NCBI GenBank assembly: GCA_963725265.1
Contig: CAVRXP010000002.1
Location: 699,426-763,425, forward strand
DNA from: an uncultured Solirubrobacterales bacterium
GTDB taxonomy: Bacteria > Actinomycetota > Thermoleophilia > Solirubrobacterales > Solirubrobacteraceae
Reading direction: 5' to 3'
DNA length: 64,000 nt
Shown: positions 9,642-18,995 of the stretch, one piece after another
Position numbering within the stretch: the stretch's first letter is position 1
Layout: each line of letters opens with the position of its first letter
The notes under the pieces: generated by a model
The model's input: only the letters and a program-made list of their open reading frames with translations
What the model was told of the DNA's origin: nothing
The model's database searches: none
Program-made: the position numbers and the translations under genes

Positions 9642-12221
9642 ATGACCGAGCCACTGCCCCCACTCGACGCGCTTGGCGAGCGCTTCCGTAGGCTCGGCGA
9701 GCCGCCGGTGCGCCGTCGTAATCGACTGCCAAGTCCACTGCCAAGGGCCCTGGTGATCGGTGTCGCGCTCGCGTTGCTGCTCGCGGGAGCCGCGGCTGCC
9801 GCGATCCTGATCGCGCGCGGTGCGCCACTGCCGGCGCCAAACGCGGTCGATCTCAGCTCCAGCGGCGTGCCGATTCCGGGCAGCGCGCATCTGGCGGGCC
9901 TCGACGTCCCCGACCCAGACCCCGCGCTACCCCCGTGGGACATCCGCATCTCGCGTACGCGCGCGGGCGAGACGTGCACGGCGGTTGGGCAGGTCCTCGG
10001 CGGACAGTTCGGCATCGTCGGCCTCGACCACGTCTTTCGCGCGCTACCGCTTGGTGGGGTAGACGCCTGCGGGGTGCAATCTCCCGACGGTCCACTGCTC
10101 GCCGGTGCGCGCGTATTCCTTGGCGATGCCACCACCGAAGCGCGCACGATCGTCAACGGGCTCGCGGGCGCCGGCGCCCGCTCTGTCACCGCCTATGGTC
10201 CCGAAGGCGCGCGCAAGCTGCCGCTGGGGCCGGAAGGTAGTTTCCTAACCGTCTATCGCGGTTATGTCGAAGAAGTGCGCCCACACATCGTCGTGGTAAC
10301 GCGCGATGGTCACAGCCACACGATCGCGTTCGCCTCTTCCACAGCCTTTGAAGTGGCCGACCCCGATGGTGGCACGCCGTGGCAGGCCAGTGGCAACCCC
10401 GCGCCCGCACCGGGCGCTCCGGACGAGAACTGCGCCCAGGTTTCGCAGGAGCTTGGCCGCGCGACCCCCAGTCGCGAGGGAGCTTCGTTGACACCAGTGG
10501 TTTGCGGTCGTTTGGGACAGCAACCGCTATTCGTGCTGATGCGCCGCTTCGTGCCCGGCAGCGGCGAAGGCACCGGCTATCCGTGGGGCAACAAACCGGC
10601 ACGCACACTCGTATACGGTGCGGCCTCGCGACGGGTGGTCTCGCTCACGCTGAGCGGGGCCGGCGCTCTGCGGCCTGTGCCGATCGACGCGCATGGCGGC
10701 GTGTTCGTCGCGGTGCTCGATGGCCATGTGAGCCCGCACACGCTGACGCTGACCGCACACCTGCGCGACGGGCGCTCCGTCTCCTACGGACGTTCGACCA
10801 ACCTGCGCGAAGAATCGGGCGACAGAGTGTTCAACAACGCTCCGCCCAAGCCCTGGCTGAGCGAACCGAACGATCCGCCTTACCGCAATCCGCTACCGGC
10901 GAGCGAAGAATTTCCGCCGGGCTCGATACCGATTCTGCACACGGTACGAGAGACCCTGCACGCGAGCGATCCGGCCGGCGGCCCCGAATGGGCGCTACGC
11001 AGCTGGCAGGGTCGCCCCAATCCCCGCGTCCACTATGGCGGATCTCCGCCGTCTCGCTTGGTCTGCTTCCAGGTGGGCATACGTCGCGGGGGAGGACTCT
11101 TCGAGCCGCGTCCCGGCGCGAGCCCGCGTCCGCTGCGGGTCGGTCAAGAAGAGGGGTCGGAAGCTGGGGGTTGCAACGCAACCGCATATGTGGCCGACCA
11201 CCCCCCGGTGGTAATGGTTGGAAGCTACACCGACGATCCCTACGCCTACGCGCCAACCCCAGAACGTACAGTCGTCGCCGGCATGCTCCCGCCGGACGCA
11301 ACTCGTCCAATGCTGCTTGGCGCCGGAGCGCCGAGACCTTTGCCCACCGACGCCAACCACATGTTCCTGATGGTCCTGCCCGGTCGCTACTGGCGCTCGT
11401 CGCTGCGGGTCTCGGTGGTCGAGCACGGGCACACGATCGCGCCGAGCGCTGCATCCACGCGGTCCGCTTCCCCGGCACTGATGGTCCCGCAGTCGCGCGC
11501 CCCCGACCCCGATGGCGGCGCGCCCTGGGGTTATACCGCGGGTGCCAATGGATCCTCGGCATATGGACGGATCATCGATGGCCGCCTGGCCGGCGTCTCA
11601 GAACGCGAAGGAGCCATCCGCAACGGCCCGATGGGCTGGGGTAGCGGCGAACCGTGCTTTGCCCGTCGGCGCAGGCCGGTGTGCCCCTTTGCGAACCGTC
11701 ACCAGCACGCGGTTGAATTCGACGTTCAGGGTGGAGCGGGAGAAGGCTCATCCGATGGGACCGCGCCCGCGCTCAGCCCACCGCAGATCGAGCGGCGCAC
11801 GCTGGAAGGCCGCACGATCATCACCGGGCGCGCCGAACCCGACGTGGTCTCGGCCACGCTGGCGACGCCAAGCGACGTGCGCACGCTGCGTCCAGCGGGT
11901 CCGCAACACGTGTTCATCGTCGTCTACGACGGCCAGTTCTTCCGCGGCGCGATCACCGCGACGATCCTGTTGCGCGACGGGCGAACGATGACCCAGCAGG
12001 TCTTGCAGGGACCCGACAATGTCGGCAGTGCCCCGCCTGAACTGTCGCTGGCGGCGGAGCTGCAAAGAGATAAGCGCGAACTTGCACTTACGAAGGCCAA
12101 TAGCCACAGTCCCTCGGCGATGCAGCGGCGGGGACTTGCGTTTTTGGAAGACAACGCGCGGCTGATCGAACAGCGCATCGCCTACGAAAGGCTTCACCCG
12201 GGGGTCCTGCCGGAGAACTGA
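9642..12221 (+). CDS. Membrane-anchored protein with four repeated extracellular domains; candidate anti-sigma factor
   Basis: One N-terminal TM; four DPxGGxPW-like...RTxxxG units; directly downstream of the ECF sigma. Confidence 0.75.
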   Translation: MTEPLPPLDALGERFRRLGEPPVRRRNRLPSPLPRALVIGVALALLLAGAAAAAILIARGAPLPAPNAVDLSSSGVPIPGSAHLAGLDVPDPDPALPPWDIRISRTRAGETCTAVGQVLGGQFGIVGLDHVFRALPLGGVDACGVQSPDGPLLAGARVFLGDATTEARTIVNGLAGAGARSVTAYGPEGARKLPLGPEGSFLTVYRGYVEEVRPHIVVVTRDGHSHTIAFASSTAFEVADPDGGTPWQASGNPAPAPGAPDENCAQVSQELGRATPSREGASLTPVVCGRLGQQPLFVLMRRFVPGSGEGTGYPWGNKPARTLVYGAASRRVVSLTLSGAGALRPVPIDAHGGVFVAVLDGHVSPHTLTLTAHLRDGRSVSYGRSTNLREESGDRVFNNAPPKPWLSEPNDPPYRNPLPASEEFPPGSIPILHTVRETLHASDPAGGPEWALRSWQGRPNPRVHYGGSPPSRLVCFQVGIRRGGGLFEPRPGASPRPLRVGQEEGSEAGGCNATAYVADHPPVVMVGSYTDDPYAYAPTPERTVVAGMLPPDATRPMLLGAGAPRPLPTDANHMFLMVLPGRYWRSSLRVSVVEHGHTIAPSAASTRSASPALMVPQSRAPDPDGGAPWGYTAGANGSSAYGRIIDGRLAGVSEREGAIRNGPMGWGSGEPCFARRRRPVCPFANRHQHAVEFDVQGGAGEGSSDGTAPALSPPQIERRTLEGRTIITGRAEPDVVSATLATPSDVRTLRPAGPQHVFIVVYDGQFFRGAITATILLRDGRTMTQQVLQGPDNVGSAPPELSLAAELQRDKRELALTKANSHSPSAMQRRGLAFLEDNARLIEQRIAYERLHPGVLPEN

Positions 12222-12293
12222 CATACACGGGCCAGTTGGGACCGCCGCTTCCGGGCTGGCGCTAGCGGATCGTCCAGGCGAGGGACGCCGCTT

Positions 12294-13016
12294 TCAGGGA
12301 CTGCTGGCGCCGGGTTGCCCAGGCGGGGGAGACCCTTGCGTGGAGTTTTCCGCGGCCCGCCGCGAGCGCCCGGCGAAGTTACCGACGAGCACGCCGATCA
12401 CGGTGACGAGGTAGAGCTGGCCGAGCAGCATCTCGACCACCGCCAGCGCGCGACCCACATGCGTCGCGGCGCTCAGGTCGCCGAAGCCGGTGGTGGTCAG
12501 CACGGTGAAGCTGAAGTACACGATCTGGCTGGTGGAGGCGTTCGCGGTCTGGGCGAAGTACTGGGCATCCTCGACCTTGGCGACGAAGCCGATCGTCCAG
12601 GCGAACACGAGCCCAACCAGCAAGTACAGGGTCAGCGCCCCCGAGACCGCCTGCGGGGTCACACCGTGTATGCGCACCAGCCGAATCAGCCCGCCGACGA
12701 GCGCCAACGGGATCGCGGCCGAGAGCAGCCCGCTGATCGCGAACAGCACGGCGCCCGAGAGCGCGCCGGCGGCCTCGCCGACGACGGTGAAGCTCGCGAG
12801 TGCCAGCAGCACGATCGCCACGGGCCGGCGCACGTTGCTGCTCGCGCGCGAGGTGGCCACGACCGTCAACAGCGCGAGCCATTGCAGCGCGCATCCGACA
12901 GCCCGCGACCAGTTCGTCGTGGGGGTGACGATTACGAATACGAGCAGTATCAGCGTCAGCAGGAATACGACGCCGTACCTGAATCCAGCCTCGCTGTCCT
13001 CGGAGGACGCCATCAC
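12294..13016 (-). CDS. Potassium channel family (Ion_trans_2) protein
   Basis: YFSFTVLTTTGFGD pore signature. Confidence 0.9.
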   Translation of the reverse strand: MMASSEDSEAGFRYGVVFLLTLILLVFVIVTPTTNWSRAVGCALQWLALLTVVATSRASSNVRRPVAIVLLALASFTVVGEAAGALSGAVLFAISGLLSAAIPLALVGGLIRLVRIHGVTPQAVSGALTLYLLVGLVFAWTIGFVAKVEDAQYFAQTANASTSQIVYFSFTVLTTTGFGDLSAATHVGRALAVVEMLLGQLYLVTVIGVLVGNFAGRSRRAAENSTQGSPPPGQPGASSP

Positions 13017-13029
13017 GATGGATTGTGGC

Positions 13030-13737
13030 CTATGGGCCGGCGCGGCTCATCAGCGCGACCGGCAGCGCCAGTCCCGCCGAGCGTCGCAGTGTGGCGATGC
13101 GCCGCCCCGGCTGTACCGCCGCGCGGATCTCGCTCGAATGCTCGCCGAGCTGCTCGACGCTGCGTTCGAGATCGTCGCTGAGCAGCGCCAGCCCCCAGAA
13201 GCGCGCCGGCCCATCCGCTCCGTCGGGGCGTGCGGCGAGCACCTCGGCGGGCTCCTGCACCAGCTCGAGGATCACTTCACCGAGGCGAAAGAAGGCCTGG
13301 CGGGGCGCGCCGGCCGGGGTCGGCTGCTCGCGGATGCGTCGCAGGTCCAGCCCGGCCGCCTGCAGCACGCGCACGCTGCGGTCGAGGTCCGGCGACATCG
13401 CCACCAGATGGTCGATCGCGGCGATGCCGTTGGGATGCTCGGTCGGAGCGCTCGCGGCTGAGCGCTCTGCCTGTTGACCAGTTTCGTCGCCGTGTGGGCC
13501 CGGTGGCTCGGGTTCGTCCTCGCGCGCCTCAGACATCTCGGCCGCGACGGTTGGAAGACCGTCAAGCTCGGTGCTAGCAAGATCGCAAAGCGACCAACCG
13601 AGTATTCCGCGCCCAGCCTCCCTGCCGGCAAGCACAACACGAACGCAGCCCAGCTGCAGCGTCGCATCGGACACGGCGAAGCCGAGCGCTTCCCACTGTG
13701 CCGGCTCGTCGGCAAGCGTGATCTGGCCGATCGTCAC
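13030..13737 (-). CDS. VOC/glyoxalase-like protein
   Basis: IDHLV, QAFFRLGEVILELV, AVQPGRRIAT. Confidence 0.8.
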   Translation of the reverse strand: MTIGQITLADEPAQWEALGFAVSDATLQLGCVRVVLAGREAGRGILGWSLCDLASTELDGLPTVAAEMSEAREDEPEPPGPHGDETGQQAERSAASAPTEHPNGIAAIDHLVAMSPDLDRSVRVLQAAGLDLRRIREQPTPAGAPRQAFFRLGEVILELVQEPAEVLAARPDGADGPARFWGLALLSDDLERSVEQLGEHSSEIRAAVQPGRRIATLRRSAGLALPVALMSRAGP

Positions 13738-13806
13738 CAAGGGCGCATGGCCTCTTCTGTGCATCGCGGGGGTCGCCCCAACCGGAACGAATTCTCAATC
13801 CTCACA

Positions 13807-13840
13807 ATTTGCTCTCTGTCTCCATTTGCTCTCTGTCTCC
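13807..13840. repeat. Perfect 17-bp tandem duplication in a divergent intergenic region
   Basis: ATTTGCTCTCTGTCTCC x2. Confidence 0.85.
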
Positions 13841-13930
13841 AGTCAGGCCGCGTGTGCGTGCGCGGAGAGCTCGATGGTACAAGCTGTCGTGGCGATCTGG
13901 CCAGACGGCCAGCCATGTTCGCGGCTAAGC

Positions 13931-13965
13931 TTGAAGAATCTCTTGGCATGCCTTACTATTTCTGT
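13931..13965 (+). promoter_or_regulatory. Leaderless sigma-70 promoter with candidate DtxR/MntR operator
   Basis: TTGAAG-N17-TACTAT-N6-ATG; palindrome GGCATGCC in the spacer. Confidence 0.7.
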
Positions 13966-14724
13966 ATGGCTACCAAGGAAAGTGTCCGCTCGGCGGCGAT
14001 CGAGGACTACTGCAAGGCGGTCTACACGCTTGAAACCCGCGCAGACGAGCCGGTCTCCACCAATGCGCTGGCCGAGCGCCTGGAGCTAACGAGCGGCTCG
14101 GTCTCGGGCATGCTCAAGAAGCTCGGCGAGCTCGGCCTGATCTCGCACGTCCCTTACCGCGGCGTGAGGCTCACCCCGGAGGGACGGCGTGTCGCACTGG
14201 AGGTGATCCGCCATCACCGCCTGCTCGAGCTGTATCTGGCCGAGGCTCTGCAGATGCCCTGGGATCGCGTGCACGACGAGGCAGAGGTGCTCGAGCACGT
14301 CCTCTCCGACGAGCTGGAGGCGCTGATCGCCGCGAAGCTCGGCCACCCCACGATCGACCCGCACGGCGACCCGATCCCGAGCGCCGAGTTGGAGCTGGAG
14401 GAGGCCCCGACGCGCAGCCTGGAGAGCCTCGTGCCAGGCGAGGAGGGCACCTTCGTGCGAGTCTCCGACGCCGACCCGGAGATGCTGCGCTACCTGGCCA
14501 AGCAGGGAGTCCTGCCAGGCGGCCACCTGCAGGTACTGGAGCGCCAGCCGTTCGGCGGTCCGCTGCTCGTCAGCGTCGACGGACGCGAGCACACGCTGGG
14601 TGGCGAGCTGGCCGGCGCGATGCGCGTCGAGGTGGACCGGCCTGCAGCTGTCGAGGGCAAGAGCCCTCCGTGTGCAGAGGTGGACAGCTCTGCGCGTGGA
14701 AGGGCGGCCGATGGCGACGCCTGA
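13966..14724 (+). CDS. DtxR/MntR-family metal-dependent regulator
   Basis: EDYCKAVY, RHHRLLELYL, EAEVLEH, DPHGDPIP, FeoA-like C-terminus. Confidence 0.93.
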   Translation: MATKESVRSAAIEDYCKAVYTLETRADEPVSTNALAERLELTSGSVSGMLKKLGELGLISHVPYRGVRLTPEGRRVALEVIRHHRLLELYLAEALQMPWDRVHDEAEVLEHVLSDELEALIAAKLGHPTIDPHGDPIPSAELELEEAPTRSLESLVPGEEGTFVRVSDADPEMLRYLAKQGVLPGGHLQVLERQPFGGPLLVSVDGREHTLGGELAGAMRVEVDRPAAVEGKSPPCAEVDSSARGRAADGDA

Positions 14725-16102
14725 AGTCAGCGTCTCGCCGGGCTTCGCCCTGCCGGGAGTCGCCTCGCCGGGCGTGCCGCCGCCGCTGACCGCCGAGGAC
14801 GCCGCTCGCTCGCTCGATCGCTCGCGCGTACATCAAGCTCGCGGTCACGGCAGGCGCTGGTGGCTTTTGTGGCTGCTCGTAGGCCCGGGAATACTCGCGA
14901 TGCTCGGCGAGAACGACGGCCCCAGCATGATCGCCTATGCCTCCGACGGCGCCGAGTATGGCCTGGGTTTCTTCGTGCCGTTCATCCCGGTGCTGTTCGC
15001 GATGGCGTTCGTCTGCCAGGAGATGTGCATGCGCGTAGGCGCCGTCACCCACCGCGGCTACGGCGAGCTGGTGCTGCAACGCTACGGGCGGGTGTGGGGC
15101 TGGTTCGGCGCCGGCGACCTCAGTCTCACCAACCTCGTCACGCTGGTGGCCGAGTTCATCTCGATCCGCGTCGGGCTGTCCTATTTTCACCTCGGCCCGG
15201 GTATTGCCGTTGCGCTCGGGATGGCGCTGGTGCTGTTCACGCTGAGCGGCGGGCGCTACTGGCGTTGGGAGCGCATCGTGCTCGGCCTGGCGCTGTTCAA
15301 CGCCCTGTTCCTGGTGGCGGCGATCCTCGTCAAACCACACATCGGAGCGATCGCCGGCTCGTTTGACTTCAGTCCGTTCCCGGGCGGCAGCTTCAACACG
15401 TTGCTGTTGCTGCTGGCTTCGACGATCGGCGCCACGGTGACGCCGTGGATGATCTTCTTCCAGCAGAGCGCCAGCGCCGACAAGGGCATGACCCCCGAAG
15501 ATGTCAAACACGGCCGCTACGACACGGCGGCGGGCGCGGTGCTCGCCGCGATCTTCGGGATCGGCGCACTGGTCGCGGGCGCGGCGCTGCTCGGTCACGG
15601 TGGGTCGGGCATTCAGGGCTTTGCCGGCGCCGGCTTTCCCAGGGCGCTGGGACATGTCGCGGGCAGTGCGGCAGGCACCGTATTCGCGCTGGGCCTGATC
15701 GAGGCGGGCGCAGTGGCGATCCTCACGATCTCCGCGAGCACCGCCTACGCCGCCGGGGAATGCGTAGGTGTCTCCCACAGCTTCAACAGCTCGCCGCGCA
15801 ACGCGAGCGTCTTTTATGCGGCGAACATCGGCGTCGCGCTGCTGGCCGCCGCGGTCATCCTGATTCCCGGCGCGCCGCTGCTCTCGATCGCGCTCAATGC
15901 CAACGTGCTGGCGACGGTGCTGCTCCCAGTCAGCCTGGTCTTGATGCTTATGCTCGCCAACGATAAATCCCTGATGGGCGCGTGGGCCAACAAGCGTTCG
16001 ACCAACGTGATCGGGATCGCGGTGATCGCCTTCGTCGGCCTCTGTGGAGCCGCATACGGCATCGACTCGTTCCTGCAAGTGACTCATCTCATCGGCTCAT
16101 GA
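14711..16102 (+). CDS. NRAMP-related divalent metal transporter
   Basis: GPGILAMLGENDGPS, GATVTPWMIFFQQS; about 11 TM segments. Confidence 0.9.
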   Translation: MATPEVSVSPGFALPGVASPGVPPPLTAEDAARSLDRSRVHQARGHGRRWWLLWLLVGPGILAMLGENDGPSMIAYASDGAEYGLGFFVPFIPVLFAMAFVCQEMCMRVGAVTHRGYGELVLQRYGRVWGWFGAGDLSLTNLVTLVAEFISIRVGLSYFHLGPGIAVALGMALVLFTLSGGRYWRWERIVLGLALFNALFLVAAILVKPHIGAIAGSFDFSPFPGGSFNTLLLLLASTIGATVTPWMIFFQQSASADKGMTPEDVKHGRYDTAAGAVLAAIFGIGALVAGAALLGHGGSGIQGFAGAGFPRALGHVAGSAAGTVFALGLIEAGAVAILTISASTAYAAGECVGVSHSFNSSPRNASVFYAANIGVALLAAAVILIPGAPLLSIALNANVLATVLLPVSLVLMLMLANDKSLMGAWANKRSTNVIGIAVIAFVGLCGAAYGIDSFLQVTHLIGS

Positions 16103-16464
16103 ACACAGACGCGCTCGCCCTGAAGAAGGCCGAAGCGGCGGCTCGCCGAGACGGTGACGCGCTCATCCTAAGAGATGCCGACGCGCTCGCCCGCCGGGAG
16201 CTCGATGCGCCGGCGCGCCAGCCGGCCGACGAGCCGGCCCAACGGGATCCGGCCATCGCAGAGCGCGACCTGCAAACACAGGAGCGCTTCGAGGACGAGC
16301 TGATCATGCACCTCGAGCGCGACCAGTTCGTGGCCGAAACCTCGCGCCCGGTGCCGCGCGCGATGATGAGCGCACGGGTCACGGCCGGGCTGTGGGCGTT
16401 GCGCGTGTTCGTCGTGCTCGTCAGCCTGATGGTTCTCTACACCTTCATCGACCAGCTGCGCTGA
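16099..16464 (+). CDS. Small protein with a C-terminal TM, coupled to the NRAMP gene
   Basis: ATGA start/stop overlap; hydrophobic C-terminus. Confidence 0.7.
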   Translation: MNTDALALKKAEAAARRDGDALILRDADALARRELDAPARQPADEPAQRDPAIAERDLQTQERFEDELIMHLERDQFVAETSRPVPRAMMSARVTAGLWALRVFVVLVSLMVLYTFIDQLR

Positions 16465-17491
16465 CCCCCAGCTCATAGGCGCCGCCATGGGCACTGTGCA
16501 GCGTGATGGCCGCCTCGCCCGGCGCGCGCACGTTGAGCGCGAGCGCCGCTACCGAGCAGTTGCTAACGTCGTGCTCAGCGCCTAACCCGCGGTCGCCCGA
16601 ACCGGTATCTGGACCGTTGCCGGGGTCGCTGTAGCGCCACCGCGCAGAACAGTTCGGGGGTGTGTCGACATGCGCTTCGACGATCAGCCCATGCTCGCCC
16701 GGCAGCGTCAGCGAGCAGCGGGTGGGGCTCTCGGCGACCTTCAGTCCGCGTGCGCCCAGCCCGCCGAGGCGCCAGCGCCGACCATCGACGCAGATCGCCC
16801 CGTTTGCAATCCAGGGTGTGAGGCGCCCGGCGACGAGCACCCGACCGAGCGCCACGTCGAGCCAGGCGTCTGTGTCCTCGCGGAAGTCGATCCCGTGCAG
16901 CCAGATCCAGCGCGCGGCATGCTCACCACCCCAGTTGTGCCCAACCATGCCGCGCCAGCCATCCACTTGCAGAGTGCGACCAGGCAGCTCGATCGCTCCG
17001 TCGAAGCGGGCGGCGGGCCACGGACTGGTGGGCTTGGTGCGAGGCAGCGGGGTCCTGTAGAGCCAGTTCTGTTTGAAGTGCCTGAGCTCGGGCGTGTCGC
17101 CCCGGATGTTCAGCGTCCAGCGAACCTCGCCGGCGCGACCGTGGGAAGGGAGCTCGGAGCCAGCGGTTTCGTCCAGCTCGATGTGGCCCCGCGCGCTTGT
17201 AGGCCCGAAACTAGAGTCGCGCCCGATCTGGATCCACCCACTGGCGGGGGCGTCCAGCTCGGCGGTCGTGTGCTTGCGCATGAACGGAGCCCCTCGGGAC
17301 GCGTCGAAGACGGTGCACCACAGCGAGCCCTCCGGGGCGTGGCCGGGTCGCTTGTGCACGGTGTAGCGGATCCATGCTCCAATCGGCTCCTGCGGGGAAA
17401 CGGCGCGCAGGTAGAAGGACTCGTACATGCCCGTCTTGGGTGCCGCATCGGGAAACCTGGCGTCTACGACGCTCTTCGGGGCTTGACCCAT
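16445..17491 (-). CDS. Hypothetical protein, tocopherol-cyclase/CrtC-like fold
   Basis: YESFY, WIRYT, GMVGHNWG, WIWLH motifs. Confidence 0.7.
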   Translation of the reverse strand: MGQAPKSVVDARFPDAAPKTGMYESFYLRAVSPQEPIGAWIRYTVHKRPGHAPEGSLWCTVFDASRGAPFMRKHTTAELDAPASGWIQIGRDSSFGPTSARGHIELDETAGSELPSHGRAGEVRWTLNIRGDTPELRHFKQNWLYRTPLPRTKPTSPWPAARFDGAIELPGRTLQVDGWRGMVGHNWGGEHAARWIWLHGIDFREDTDAWLDVALGRVLVAGRLTPWIANGAICVDGRRWRLGGLGARGLKVAESPTRCSLTLPGEHGLIVEAHVDTPPNCSARWRYSDPGNGPDTGSGDRGLGAEHDVSNCSVAALALNVRAPGEAAITLHSAHGGAYELGVSAAGR

Positions 17492-17501
17492 CGCAAGCAA
17501 T

Positions 17502-18836
17502 CTACAGCCGCTTCAATAGCTCCGGAAGCCCTGGCGCGGGGGTGAAGACGTACTGGCGCCCCACACGACGGCGCTCCAGCAGCCGACGGCTGAGCAACCC
17601 GCCGAGGTCCGACCTGGCGGTCTCGTGGGTGACCCCATGTGTGGTGGCATGCGATTGGAACGTGTAGCCAGCGCCCGGATCGCGCACGGCGTCTCCGAGC
17701 AGGGCGAGCTGGCGATGGTTGAACTCGGGCGAGTCACGCACCAGGCGCTCCACCTCCTTGACCTCAGCCACCTTGCGGCGCAGGTAGCGATGCAGCTCCT
17801 GCACTGCCTGGCGGATCGCGGTCAACTGGTGCAGCAGAAAATAGGTCGTGTCCAGGTCGTCGGTCTCCGTCAACAAAAAGGCTCGCGCGTACTTCGAGGG
17901 CGCCTGACGCAGAATGCGCGAGATCGACAGGTAGTCGACCAGCCAGTAGCCACGCTTGCGCATCTGCCAGTAGAACAGCGCTCGCGCGGTGCGCCCGTTT
18001 CCGTCCTCGAAGGGATGGTCGTAAGCCAGCCAAAAATGCAGCAGGATCGCGCGGATCACCGGGTGCATGAAGCCGCCCGTATCGGAGTCTGCGTTGGCGA
18101 ACTCGCAGAGATCTTCCAGTCGCTTGGCAAGTTGGTCGGCCGGTGGTGGCGTGTGCAACACCTTGCCTGTCGTGGCGTCGGCGACGACGATTCGTTCTTC
18201 CTCGACCGTTTGGAGTCTGCCCGCGGCATCGGGACGGTCGAGTGTGTCTTCGGTGAGGATGCGCTGCAGCTCGAGTACGGACTGGGGAGTCAGTCGATCG
18301 CCGATCTCCTCGCGCATGAACGTCAGGGCGAGATAGTTGTTGAGGATCATCGTCTCGCTACGGTCGCGCGGTCTGCGCCCGCTGCGCAGCAGCTCCTTGG
18401 CGATGCGGCGCGAGGTCGTGGCGCCCTCGAGCTGGCTCGAGCGGATCGCCTCCTCCATCAGCGAGTTCACGAGGTAGTGGCGGCGTGCCTGACTGTCGGC
18501 GGTAACCACCTCGGGCATGGCAATCTCGCCGCTGCAGTGGCGGTCGATGTAGTGCAGCAGCTCCAGGGCTTGGTCGGGGACGGTATAGGAGGCTGTGGTC
18601 TTGGCGGTCGCGTCGCTGAGCGCCAGATCGCGCCGTGATGCGTCGCGTGCGGACTTCACCGTGAGCCACCACTCCTCGCTCGTCATCCCTGTGGGGGCTT
18701 TCAGGTGGCGGAGTTGGTCCCAGTGGATGTATCGGGACGGTAGGTTCGCGGTGTCATTCATGACGATGGCGATTGCCCGCGCGGGGTCGAGGTTGAGGAC
18801 GATCTCTGTGAGATTGGGGGGCTTCGCGACGTACAC
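17502..18836 (-). CDS. Fic-family protein with C-terminal wHTH
   Basis: HPFEDGNGRTAR catalytic motif; SSQLEG autoinhibitory motif; start codon uncertain (ORF is open to 18911). Confidence 0.93.
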   Translation of the reverse strand: MYVAKPPNLTEIVLNLDPARAIAIVMNDTANLPSRYIHWDQLRHLKAPTGMTSEEWWLTVKSARDASRRDLALSDATAKTTASYTVPDQALELLHYIDRHCSGEIAMPEVVTADSQARRHYLVNSLMEEAIRSSQLEGATTSRRIAKELLRSGRRPRDRSETMILNNYLALTFMREEIGDRLTPQSVLELQRILTEDTLDRPDAAGRLQTVEEERIVVADATTGKVLHTPPPADQLAKRLEDLCEFANADSDTGGFMHPVIRAILLHFWLAYDHPFEDGNGRTARALFYWQMRKRGYWLVDYLSISRILRQAPSKYARAFLLTETDDLDTTYFLLHQLTAIRQAVQELHRYLRRKVAEVKEVERLVRDSPEFNHRQLALLGDAVRDPGAGYTFQSHATTHGVTHETARSDLGGLLSRRLLERRRVGRQYVFTPAPGLPELLKRL

Positions 18837-18840
18837 AGCT

Positions 18841-18941
18841 ATCTCCAAATCTATTCCAAGCAACTCCAGAAATTTGGAGTTTAGCTCATCTATCTCCAAA
18901 TCCTTGTGCAAATTTGGAGTTCATTTGGAGTTCGTTTGGAG
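18841..18941. promoter_or_regulatory. Array of TTTGGAG/CTCCAAA motifs upstream of fic
   Basis: Motifs at 18843, 18864, 18873, 18894, 18913, 18924, 18935; the last three have an 11-bp period. Confidence 0.7.
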
Positions 18942-18995
18942 CGTGCTCGGTCTGCGCGGAAGCGACGCCGACGAAGGACATGCAAGGATCACGCC

